Source of the DNA: Desulfatiglandales bacterium
Lineage (GTDB): Bacteria; Desulfobacterota; DSM-4660; Desulfatiglandales; HGW-15
Assembly: GCA_963667015.2 (NCBI GenBank)
Contig: CAXXJJ010000004.1
Location: forward strand, 3,392,001 to 3,456,000
Reading direction: 5' to 3'
DNA length: 64,000 bases
How positions within the stretch are numbered: the first letter of the stretch is position 1; every line of letters begins with the position of its first letter. Positions 19,936 through 28,969 of this stretch are shown here, piece after piece. Made by a program: the position numbers and the translations under genes. The notes under the pieces were generated by a model that saw only the letters and a program-made list of their open reading frames with translations, was not told the origin of the DNA and did no database searches.

Positions 19936-20376
19936 CTACTTTGGCCCTATTAAATCAAAATCTTCATCCTTTTTGGGCTTGGGTTTGGGTGGTGAAACAG
20001 GTTTCTTTTTTTCTTCCTTTACCACGGGTTTGCTTTTTTGGTTGACGGAATCGATAAATGCCTCGGTTAACGGCTCTGTCGTCTTAAGAAGGTTTTCCGG
20101 AATAAATATCCTGGTCCCTGTCGCCATATTTTCATAGTCTATATTTGGATTAGCATCTGCCAGGGCCTCCCAGTTGTTCACATTACCTGTGTACCATCTG
20201 GAGATAACAGGCAGTGTTTCACCCGGATATTTTACAGTATGAATAAAGGGAGGCCTGCTTACTGACTCTGCAGGTTTCCATTCTGCCTGCTTGTTGCCTC
20301 CTATGGAAAGGCATCCGTTAAATAATAAAACAAAAGCCCCCATTACTAAAAGAAGCATCTCTGCTTTTTTAATCAT
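19936..20376 (-). CDS. LysM-domain lipoprotein
   Basis: Lipobox LFNGC; HTVKYPGETLPVISRWYTG...WEALADANP...GTRIFIP; Pro/Lys-rich tail. Confidence 0.85.
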   Translation of the reverse strand: MIKKAEMLLLVMGAFVLLFNGCLSIGGNKQAEWKPAESVSRPPFIHTVKYPGETLPVISRWYTGNVNNWEALADANPNIDYENMATGTRIFIPENLLKTTEPLTEAFIDSVNQKSKPVVKEEKKKPVSPPKPKPKKDEDFDLIGPK

Positions 20377-20392
20377 AATAACTTTTCCTTCT

Positions 20393-22288
20393 TCATTTCT
20401 TCAATGTTTCAAGCAGTTTTTTTGCATTTTTATTTTCAGGATTAACTGCTATTGCCTGTTCCAGGTTTTTTATACAATCCTGAATATTACCCATTTTTCT
20501 TTGAACAATCGCCAGATTGTAAAGCGCCTCATCCAAAAACGGAGGCGACAGGTCAACCACCCGACTGAACATCTCCTGTGCATTATTGAAGTCTTTTTTG
20601 ACAGCATAGATGTAGCCCATATTAAAATAGGCGTTATACATCTGCGGGTCCAGTTCGACTGCAGTCTGGTATGATGCAATTGCACTGGTATAATCCTTCT
20701 GCTGCGTATATATGCGTCCCAGCAGAAAATGTCCCTGAGCTCTGTCCGGATTGAGTTTAACCGCCTTCAGCAGCAATGCCTTTGCCCTCTCAGGTGTCTT
20801 TTCTATTATTTTTGATGCCTGACCGACCAGGGCCTGAGAGTATAGCGCCGATATTCTCTGCTCATTTTCCGGTTCAGCTTCCAGGATACCCTCAAAAAGA
20901 ACGGCGGCTTCAGCGTACTTTTCTTCACCAAGCAGTCTGATCCCTTCCTTCAATTCCGATGAATCTATCTCATCGGAATCGGATGATTCTCCCTGCGCCA
21001 TAATATTATCCTGTTCACCCGGGGCGGCAATATCCGCCTCTGGCTCAGAGACTGTTTTTGAGATTGGTTTGGAGATTCGCCGGGGTACCGGTTCAGAGGC
21101 CTGGTCATCACTGGCAGCCCCTGGATCAAAAAACTTAAATATGGAATTCATAAAGGACTCAGGGGTCTTAATCATAAGCAGTAGCACAATCATGAATGAA
21201 ATCAGGATCAGCACCACAGAGGCAAATTTTGGTATCAGACTTTTTTTAAAGGTGGGCAGCTCTTCTTCTGCAAGAAGCATGGTCCTGTCAGCCTGGGGAT
21301 CAGCAAGCTCAGAGAGCTTTAAAGTTGAATCATCTCCGGTTTTCTTTCCTGAACCGGCATCCCTCTCACCAAAGAGTCTGTCCATATACAGGGCAAGATT
21401 TCTATAGGAGGGCATTATAGACAGCCCATGCATGCATTTTTCCAGATCTGTAAGCATTTCCTCCGCAGACTGATAACGAACTTCACGGTCTTTTTCCAGG
21501 GCCTTTTCTATGATTCTGCAGAGATCCGGGGGTAGATCCTTATTCACATTTCCGGGAGGAACGTATTCTGCCTCAACTACCTTGCTGAATACCCCGTAGG
21601 TATCACCCTTGAAAACCCTTTCATGTGTTACCATTTCATACAGGAGGATACCCATGGCAAATATATCTGATCTGTGGTCAATCGGTTCCGCCTTGGCCTG
21701 CTCGGGTGACATATATGCTATCTTCCCCTTAATTGAGCCATACTGTGTCTTATTAATCTGGGTTGCAGCCTTGGCTATACCAAAATCAATGATTTTTACC
21801 TGGCCGTCATAGGTAATAAATATATTATGAGGTCCGATATCCCTGTGTATTATATTCAGAGGTTTTCCCTGAAAGTCTCTTAATTTGTGGGCATAATCAA
21901 GCCCGGCACAGACCTGTGTTGCAATGTACAATGCGTTTTCAATACTCAGGGCCAATCCCTTTTCTTTGTATTTCTCTGTGATAAATTTCAGATCATTTCC
22001 GTACAGGTACTCCATTGCAATGTAGTAGGTATCATTTACACTTCCGAAATCATAGATCTGCACAATATTGGGATGCTGCAGGAATGCCGCGAGTTTGGCT
22101 TCATCAATAAAGGCCTTGATCAGGTTGGTTTCTTCGGCAAGATAGGGCAGGATTTTTTTAATGGCAACAAGCTTCTCAAAACCTTCATACCCAAAAAGCT
22201 TTGCCTGGTACAATTCCGCCATACCGCCCTGTGCTATACGGCTAAGCAGTTTATATTTTCCAAATTGTTGATCAACCAGCTCTGGCAT
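20393..22288 (-). CDS. Hanks-type Ser/Thr protein kinase with TM helix and extracytoplasmic TPR domain
   Basis: IAQGGMAELY, VAIKKI, HRDIGPHN, IIDFGIAK, YMSPEQ, a hydrophobic TM segment and C-terminal TPRs. Confidence 0.95.
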   Translation of the reverse strand: MPELVDQQFGKYKLLSRIAQGGMAELYQAKLFGYEGFEKLVAIKKILPYLAEETNLIKAFIDEAKLAAFLQHPNIVQIYDFGSVNDTYYIAMEYLYGNDLKFITEKYKEKGLALSIENALYIATQVCAGLDYAHKLRDFQGKPLNIIHRDIGPHNIFITYDGQVKIIDFGIAKAATQINKTQYGSIKGKIAYMSPEQAKAEPIDHRSDIFAMGILLYEMVTHERVFKGDTYGVFSKVVEAEYVPPGNVNKDLPPDLCRIIEKALEKDREVRYQSAEEMLTDLEKCMHGLSIMPSYRNLALYMDRLFGERDAGSGKKTGDDSTLKLSELADPQADRTMLLAEEELPTFKKSLIPKFASVVLILISFMIVLLLMIKTPESFMNSIFKFFDPGAASDDQASEPVPRRISKPISKTVSEPEADIAAPGEQDNIMAQGESSDSDEIDSSELKEGIRLLGEEKYAEAAVLFEGILEAEPENEQRISALYSQALVGQASKIIEKTPERAKALLLKAVKLNPDRAQGHFLLGRIYTQQKDYTSAIASYQTAVELDPQMYNAYFNMGYIYAVKKDFNNAQEMFSRVVDLSPPFLDEALYNLAIVQRKMGNIQDCIKNLEQAIAVNPENKNAKKLLETLKK

Positions 22289-22465
22289 ATGAAAAACCTT
22301 ATATTAACGGGGACCTGATAGCAAAAGTTATTATTTCAGAAAAGTTCAACATCAGCATAACACATGAGCAACTTGTTTCAACAAGCATCAGATGACCAGA
22401 ATCTGACTTCTGCTTCATGTATTCTAAAAGGTTTTATATATCTGGAATTGTATAATGATTATACC

Positions 22466-22828
22466 TTAAATAATCCCCTGGTTCCCTTTCTCCAGCTTTT
22501 TCAAAAAGGCCTCAAGTTTAAGTTTTACCGTTTCATCCATATCAACAAATTGTACCCCGGCCCCTGAATGATCGGGAGTTGAGTTTTCATAGTTATCTAT
22601 TATTTTACCTCTCAGAGGGAGTATTTCACCATCAAGTTCCATTTCAAAATTTATTATTGACCCCACGGGGAAGGGAAGTTTTTTTTCAATAAAGAATCCT
22701 CCCATACTTAGATTCGACAACATATGGAAATATCTTGAATTATCATTTAGCTCTACTGTCCATATCTGGACATTTAATCTGGGGTGCTTACGTCCTTCTT
22801 CTTGAAATCCGGATTTGTTCTGACTCAT
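22466..22828 (-). CDS. PilZ domain protein
   Basis: RKHPR (RxxxR), NLSMGG (D/NxSxxG) and GAGVQF. Confidence 0.88.
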   Translation of the reverse strand: MSQNKSGFQEEGRKHPRLNVQIWTVELNDNSRYFHMLSNLSMGGFFIEKKLPFPVGSIINFEMELDGEILPLRGKIIDNYENSTPDHSGAGVQFVDMDETVKLKLEAFLKKLEKGNQGII

Positions 22829-23230
22829 ATTTTCTTTCCAGTCCTTCCTTCAAATTGTTCGGCTTCAGGCAGGGGCCACGGAATGTTTCCCTCCCGGGCA
22901 GGCATTAGATTTTATCGGCCGGCATTATGACATACACACCAGCCAAAGTCCATATTCAGACTTATTTTTATCTTTAATAATCTGCACTTACAGGTTTTAT
23001 CGATTATTTTTTTTATAAATTCAATACCAAAATATCGATCCCCAAAAAATATGTTAAAAATGATATAAAAATTCAGACATTTTCTATACAAATTACAGAA
23101 TATATTATTGCTATTTTTTGTGGTTATTTATTTGAATATAACGAATAATTCAAAACATTCCGGTTCTAAAATCCGGTATACAATTAAAGAAGTTATACAG
23201 AAATACTAACACCTGTTTAAGGAGTATATC

Positions 23231-23491
23231 ATGAATCTTTGGACATTCTTTTGTATAATCATAATAATCGGTGTTACAGGAGAGGCACTTAAAAAAGCAT
23301 CTCAAGGATCCAGGTCCAGGAAAAACATCGAAGCGGACAGACAAGTGCTCAATGAACTGACACGACGCATCAGTGAACTTGAAAACAAAACCGAGATAAA
23401 AGAAATTGAGAAAAGGCTGCAGGCCCTTGAAACAATCGTGGTTGATGAAGGCTACGAATTGGACAGAAAATTCAAAAAGGCCTTCGGCTAA
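23231..23491 (+). CDS. Small membrane-anchored coiled-coil protein (PspB/PspC C-terminus-like)
   Basis: AAGGAG RBS, N-terminal TM, and IEKRLQALETIVVDEGYELDRKF. Confidence 0.65.
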   Translation: MNLWTFFCIIIIIGVTGEALKKASQGSRSRKNIEADRQVLNELTRRISELENKTEIKEIEKRLQALETIVVDEGYELDRKFKKAFG

Positions 23492-23497
23492 ATGAAT

Positions 23498-23521
23498 TAC
23501 CCCGCCGCAAATAGCGGGGTA
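23498..23521. terminator. GC-rich hairpin (terminator or REP-like)
   Basis: TACCCCGC-CGCAAATA-GCGGGGTA directly after the stop codon. Confidence 0.55.
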
Positions 23522-23801
23522 TGAAAATAAGCTGCCTGATTTAAAATTCCATCCTCAGGCTTCAGCCTGTCATTCATATAATTCTATATAAATAATATAT
23601 ATTTATTATTTAGGGTATTGATAAAAAAGCAAAAAATTGATATATCAGGTCAAAATATAAGGTTTTATTGATGATAGAGTTAAAGATTGAGCATTTTTCT
23701 CCGCATTAATGTCCTCAAAGCATCAATTCATTACATCAAACCACCAGTAAGAGGATTTTTTAAAGGATTATCCCAGACAAGTTAATTTAAGGAAACATTC
23801 A

Positions 23802-26063
23802 ATGAAGGCATCAGTAAAACGGCTGCAAAGCTATCCATATTACATTACTCTTCTTCCATTGCTTATTAATTTATTATTTATTACAGCAACTTACGCCACT
23901 TCTCAGAAGCAGGCTATCAACTACAATATACCATACAGTGAATCAAGTCCGGATATTGATGGCATTATTTCCGAAGGTGAATGGGAGGGAGCTGAGCTCG
24001 TGTATCTGGATAACGAAACCCGTCCTTCTCAAAACATACCGGCACTCGTGGACACCGAGGTGTTATTGATGGAGGACGGCAGTAATTTTTATGTAGCCTT
24101 CATCGCCTCTGATCCAGAGCCGGATAAGATACGCGCCTTTTTCAGTGACCGGGATGGTTGCAGGGATGATGATTTAGTTACTGTTGTTATTGACACATTC
24201 AATGATGAAAGACGTGCTTTTGAGTTTTCCGCCAATCCCCTGGGAGTGCAGATGGATGCCATCTGCGATGATGTATCCGGCGGATTCGACGGAAAGGATT
24301 CCTCCTGGAACTCCATATGGGACAGCTCCGGGACAATATCAGACACAGGATATGTTGTTGAAATGAAGATACCCCTTGACCAGCTTCGTTTCCCTGCCGG
24401 CCTTGACAGGCAGACCTGGGGAATTGATCTTCTCAGGTCCTATCCGAGGGACAAGCGTCATGAGCTGTCTAACAATACCAAGGACTATGATCTCTCATGC
24501 TACCTGTGCCAGCTGAAAAAGGCCGAGGGGTTTTCAAATCTTGAACAGAGCAGGAATCTTCGGATTGTGCCCACATTAACGTCAACCTATTCAAAAACCC
24601 GTCCGAATCCACAGACTGATGACTGGGAGTCAAGTACCAAGCTCGATGCAGGAGTGGATATCCGCTGGGGCATTAATCAGGATTTCTATTTAAATGCCAC
24701 AATCAATCCGGATTTTTCTCAGGTTGAAGCCGACGTAGCCGAACTTGATGTCAATAATACCTTCTCCATTTTCTACCCTGAAAGACGAGAGTTCTTTCTG
24801 GACGGTGCGGATTATTTTAATTCCTATGCCAACCTTGTACATACACGAAATATCTCATCACCCGGCTATGGTATTAAACTAACAGGCAAGCGTGATGTGC
24901 ATACATACGGGTTCTTTTTTGCTGATGATGAAACCACTAATTTTGTTATCCCGGGTAATCAGGGCTCCTTTTTTGCCTCGCTGGAAAACAAAAAAAGTAT
25001 GAATACAGCCTATCGTTATCGCCTTGATGTCAACAGGAACATTAACCTTGGTATGGTTTTTACAGATCGCCGTGCAGATGACTACTCAAATACAGTCATA
25101 GGCTTTGATGGCAATATTCGCGTGGCAAGCAGTGATAATATCGAAGTACAATTAATGAAATCAGTATCAGAGTATCCGTCCTATATCCAGGAGACCTTTG
25201 GCCAGAAAGCAAAAATGGATGATTACGCCTATAAGATTAACTACGACCACCATGACAATGAATGGACCTGGTGGGCACGGTACTCGGAATACGGTGATGA
25301 TTTTCGCGCGGATATGGGATTCATAACACGTGTGGATTACAGAAAAATCGATATCTCAGGCGGGCATAACTGGCGCTTTGGGCCCGGAAGCAAATTTAAC
25401 AGAATCTTCCTGGCCGGAAATTATGAAAAAAGTTATGATGAAGCCGGTAATAACCTCGGGGAAGAGGCTGGAATAAGAATCAATATTGAAGGCCCAATGC
25501 AGTCCTTTATGTTTATGGGTTACAGCCAGGGCGAAGAATATTATAATGGTAAATTTTTTGATGAGTACAACATTTTTTTATTTGGACATATCAGGCCAAG
25601 GGCAGGACTGGATATAGGGGTTGATATCAAAACCGGTGACAGTATTGATTATTTCAATACACGTTCGGGCAGGGTATTCAGTTTCAGCCCGCAAATCGAA
25701 TGGCGGGTAGGAAAGCATTTCAAAATGAACCTGCGCCATAATTATGAGAAAATGGATGTCGACGGTGGAAGGTTATACTCAACTAACTTAACTGATCTGC
25801 GCTTTACACATCAGTTCACTATCAGAAGTTCCCTTCGGATTACTGTTCAATATTCCGACACCAGAAGAAATCAATCTCTATATACATTTTACATGGACAG
25901 TCGATCAAAGAATCTGACGTCTCAGATCCTTTATAATTATAAAATAAACCCGCAAACCAAATTCTTTATAGGTTATTCGGATGCCGGTTTTCAAAATGAC
26001 GAGATGGATAAAATAAATAAAACCAATCGTACCCTGTTTACCAAATGCAGTTATGCCTGGTAA
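23802..26063 (+). CDS. CBM9-like domain plus DUF5916 outer-membrane beta-barrel protein
   Basis: Signal peptide, PDIDGIISEGEW, VIDTFNDERRAFEFSANPLGVQMD, ATINPDFSQVEAD, YPERREFFLDG; terminal aromatic residue (SYAW). Confidence 0.85.
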   Translation: MKASVKRLQSYPYYITLLPLLINLLFITATYATSQKQAINYNIPYSESSPDIDGIISEGEWEGAELVYLDNETRPSQNIPALVDTEVLLMEDGSNFYVAFIASDPEPDKIRAFFSDRDGCRDDDLVTVVIDTFNDERRAFEFSANPLGVQMDAICDDVSGGFDGKDSSWNSIWDSSGTISDTGYVVEMKIPLDQLRFPAGLDRQTWGIDLLRSYPRDKRHELSNNTKDYDLSCYLCQLKKAEGFSNLEQSRNLRIVPTLTSTYSKTRPNPQTDDWESSTKLDAGVDIRWGINQDFYLNATINPDFSQVEADVAELDVNNTFSIFYPERREFFLDGADYFNSYANLVHTRNISSPGYGIKLTGKRDVHTYGFFFADDETTNFVIPGNQGSFFASLENKKSMNTAYRYRLDVNRNINLGMVFTDRRADDYSNTVIGFDGNIRVASSDNIEVQLMKSVSEYPSYIQETFGQKAKMDDYAYKINYDHHDNEWTWWARYSEYGDDFRADMGFITRVDYRKIDISGGHNWRFGPGSKFNRIFLAGNYEKSYDEAGNNLGEEAGIRINIEGPMQSFMFMGYSQGEEYYNGKFFDEYNIFLFGHIRPRAGLDIGVDIKTGDSIDYFNTRSGRVFSFSPQIEWRVGKHFKMNLRHNYEKMDVDGGRLYSTNLTDLRFTHQFTIRSSLRITVQYSDTRRNQSLYTFYMDSRSKNLTSQILYNYKINPQTKFFIGYSDAGFQNDEMDKINKTNRTLFTKCSYAW

Positions 26064-26143
26064 GGAGTTAATTCCTGACTGGGCATCAGGCAATGTACCA
26101 CCTGACTCATATAAAAGTTTTCATCTTTTGCTATTGTGATTTA

Positions 26144-26174
26144 CTCCCCGTCCCATGCAGGAGGGGCCGGGGAG
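26144..26174. terminator. GC-rich imperfect hairpin between convergent genes
   Basis: CTCCCCGTCCC...GGGCCGGGGAG. Confidence 0.45.
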
Positions 26175-26188
26175 AACACAGGATTTAT

Positions 26189-27076
26189 CTACGTTGTTGC
26201 ATTGGATTCCTGAATAGCTTCATCGGTATCCAAAGCTGAATCGACCTCTTCAGTCGATACCTCAGTATCGGGCACCTTTTCAATCTTGAGCATTTTTCGT
26301 ATCCTTTCTATGGATACAAGCTTATTGTTTCTCATGGACGGTGTCATAAAAGATTTGAGTTTTACTTCAAGCATCCTTGGATGTGTTTTGCTCTTTATTG
26401 CCATTACTCCCGCCAGGATCATTTTTTGCAAAAGCAGCTCATGGTTTGTTCGTTCCCGGATATTCGCGGCAAAGGGCAGTAAAAAAAAGTTGGAAAATAT
26501 TATACCGTAAAGGGTTGATGTAAGGGCAAGGGGTATTGTTTTCATGATTATGGAAGAATCACCAATGCCGGAAATCATGCTGATTAATCCGACTATGCTG
26601 CCTATAAGACCAAAGGCGGGGCATATTTCCGCAATGGTCCTTAAAATCCTTTCTGACTCTTCCCTGCGGATTTTAAAAAACGCCATTTCCGTGTTTAAAA
26701 TCTCCTTCATTTCTTCTGCCTTGTATCCGTCAACTAGAAACCCTAAAGCACGCCTGAGAAAGAGAATGGATGTCTCACCTTCATCCTCCTGGAGTGAAAG
26801 GAGTCCCTTTATCCGGCTTTTAACCGAGATATCAATAAGTATTTCGACAATCTCATCCGGTTCTTTAACGCGGGAATGCCGTGAATTTTTTATTACCTGC
26901 CACAGGTTGATCAGGCTTTTAATCCTGAAGCTGACCAGTGTTGCCCCCGCAGTCCCGCCAATAACAATAAACAGTGCTGCAAGATTAAAATAAAGCAATA
27001 AATTCCCCTGAAAAGCAAAACCAATAAAAACCAATCCTACACAACAAAGCAGCCCTATTAATTTATTTCTTTCCAT
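26189..27076 (-). CDS. motA: MotA/PomA-family ion-channel stator subunit
   Basis: IVIGGTAGA, RRALGFLVDG, PAFGLIGSIVGLI, ALTSTLYG and HPRMLEVKL. Confidence 0.85.
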   Translation of the reverse strand: MERNKLIGLLCCVGLVFIGFAFQGNLLLYFNLAALFIVIGGTAGATLVSFRIKSLINLWQVIKNSRHSRVKEPDEIVEILIDISVKSRIKGLLSLQEDEGETSILFLRRALGFLVDGYKAEEMKEILNTEMAFFKIRREESERILRTIAEICPAFGLIGSIVGLISMISGIGDSSIIMKTIPLALTSTLYGIIFSNFFLLPFAANIRERTNHELLLQKMILAGVMAIKSKTHPRMLEVKLKSFMTPSMRNNKLVSIERIRKMLKIEKVPDTEVSTEEVDSALDTDEAIQESNATT

Positions 27077-27103
27077 AATTTATCTTCCTGTAAGAATCTC
27101 TTT

Positions 27104-27856
27104 TTATAGCGGACTCAAATTATCTGAAATATGTTCTTTAGAAACAATGATCTCAACACGCCTGTTAGCGCTGCGGCCTTCAGGCGTCTCATTGGATGAT
27201 AGAGGTCTATTCTCGGCATACCCTATTACCTGGATACGGCCCGGAGCGACATTAGCCTTCTCAATTAAAAATTTAGCCGCAACACAGGCTCTGGCTGTTG
27301 ACAGTTCCCAGTTGGACGGAAACCTGTCCGTATGGATCGGAACATTATCGGTATGCCCTGAAACGGTTACAGCCAGGTTAGTTGTTTTTAATAATCTTCC
27401 CACTGCCTCCAGAGAACCCATGGCATTTGACCTGAGTTCTGCCTGCCCTGTATCAAAGAGCACATCGCCCGGCAGGATGATTTTTACGGCCTTATCCTTT
27501 ATGAGCTTTACTGTTGTTATATCCCTGAGCTCTTCGGCCTTTAATATCTGTGTGCTCTGCTCGAAAAACCGTGTTAAGTCCTCGGTTTCTTCAGGCTTTA
27601 TTTCTTTTTGGATATCGGATGAATGTTCATTCCGGGAGGGAGGAGTTTCTTTTTTATAGGTATCATATATGTAAAGTACTGCAAAGAATACAAACATGGT
27701 CATCATGAGGTCTGCCCACGGGATGGACCAGTGAGAAGATTTTGTGATACCCCTTCCTGAAAAAATACCTGCCCCATTCAGAGAATCAAGGTCTATATCC
27801 ATTCCACTGTTTGCCCTGTCTTCAGACGAAAAAAAATTTTCATCAAAGGAGTTCAT
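27104..27856 (-). CDS. motB: MotB-family protein (TM Asp plus OmpA-like peptidoglycan-binding domain)
   Basis: WSIPWADLMMTMFVFFAVLY, LFDTGQAEL, SGHTDNVP, SNWELSTARA and NRRVEI. Confidence 0.88.
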   Translation of the reverse strand: MNSFDENFFSSEDRANSGMDIDLDSLNGAGIFSGRGITKSSHWSIPWADLMMTMFVFFAVLYIYDTYKKETPPSRNEHSSDIQKEIKPEETEDLTRFFEQSTQILKAEELRDITTVKLIKDKAVKIILPGDVLFDTGQAELRSNAMGSLEAVGRLLKTTNLAVTVSGHTDNVPIHTDRFPSNWELSTARACVAAKFLIEKANVAPGRIQVIGYAENRPLSSNETPEGRSANRRVEIIVSKEHISDNLSPL

Positions 27857-28305
27857 CCATATCTCCTGTTCCCTGTATTTTCTATTTAGTTTCCATCCAT
27901 AAACGGCTCTTTTTCACAATCTCTGCGTTATTCTGCACTGGCTTTATTTATTATCTTATCGACATGTTTGAAAAAAACCTTCAATATTTATTAAATTAAA
28001 TCTTTATAACTATCAGTAATTGCAGCATATACCTCCTGCATTCCGTCCCTTTAATTATTTTGACAAAGAAATCAGGTTATGGTTTAAATTTTCAATCATG
28101 TTTTAAACACCTTTTATTACATTCACAGTAACAATAATTCTCGACCTCATTCGTTTTCTAATTTTCAACAGTCTATATTTTATTAATTTAAAATAGTTTT
28201 AATTGATTTTTAATTGTTGATTTTTATAAAGGATTGAAATACTGCATAGTCATTCAGACCGCAACAACCGGATTTTACTGTTACCCTGATAAAAGGGAGG
28301 ATTTC

Positions 28306-28421
28306 ATGAGTTATAAAATAACGATTTCCAGGAGACCGTTGCACGTAATGCCGGATACCTGGTAAAAATATTCCATTCGTACGATCTGGCGGTTGAGTGG
28401 CTTTTAGAAGATGTTCAATAA
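28306..28421 (+). pseudogene. Internally deleted remnant of a small STAS/SEC14 (SpoIIAA-like) protein
   Basis: GGGAGG RBS and MSYKI, then in the -1 frame NDFQETVARNAGYLVKIFHSYDLAVEWLLEDVQ*, resembling the family's C-terminal motif. Confidence 0.55.
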
Positions 28422-28433
28422 ATTGAGGTTAGC

Positions 28434-28922
28434 ATGAAAATCAAGATATTCACCACGGGCGGTACAATTGACAAGATATATTTCGACCAGAAATCCGAGT
28501 ATCAGGTTGGTGATCCACAGGCAAAGGGGGTGCTGGAAAAGGCTAATGTTGTGGTGGAATATGAAGTTGAATCCATATTAAAAAAAGACAGCCTTGACAT
28601 GACCGACGCGGACCGCAAACTGATAAGGGCAAAAGTGGAATCAACTCCATATGACAGGATCATTGTTACACACGGTACTGATACAATGATAAAAACCGGT
28701 TTGGAGCTTGAGTCTGTTTCGGGAAAGACAATTGTTATGACAGGCTCCATGTATCCCGCCCAGTTCAAGGAAAGCGATGCTGTATTCAACATAGGATGTG
28801 CGATAATCTCTGCTCAGATTCTGAAACCGGGTGTTTATATTGCCATGAACGGAAGGATTTTTAATCCCCGGCATGTCCGGAAGAATGTCGAAATGAATAG
28901 ATTTGAAGATATAGAGATATAA
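28434..28922 (+). CDS. Short (N-terminal domain only) asparaginase-family protein
   Basis: FTTGGTIDK, VTHGTDTM, VMTGS, SDAVFNIG and GVYIAMNG. Confidence 0.9.
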   Translation: MKIKIFTTGGTIDKIYFDQKSEYQVGDPQAKGVLEKANVVVEYEVESILKKDSLDMTDADRKLIRAKVESTPYDRIIVTHGTDTMIKTGLELESVSGKTIVMTGSMYPAQFKESDAVFNIGCAIISAQILKPGVYIAMNGRIFNPRHVRKNVEMNRFEDIEI

Positions 28923-28969
28923 TATATTTTGTATAACCCACTCTCACACCATAATTAAGAGGAAGAGCC

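Noticed and set aside
22830..22960. c-di-GMP riboswitch upstream of the PilZ gene
   Set aside because: The stretch is GC-rich, but I could not find the conserved class I or class II motif elements.
26189..27856. Zorya (ZorAB) anti-phage system
   Set aside because: The MotA-like protein lacks the long ZorA tail, no zorC/D/E genes are adjacent, and the motifs are stator-like.
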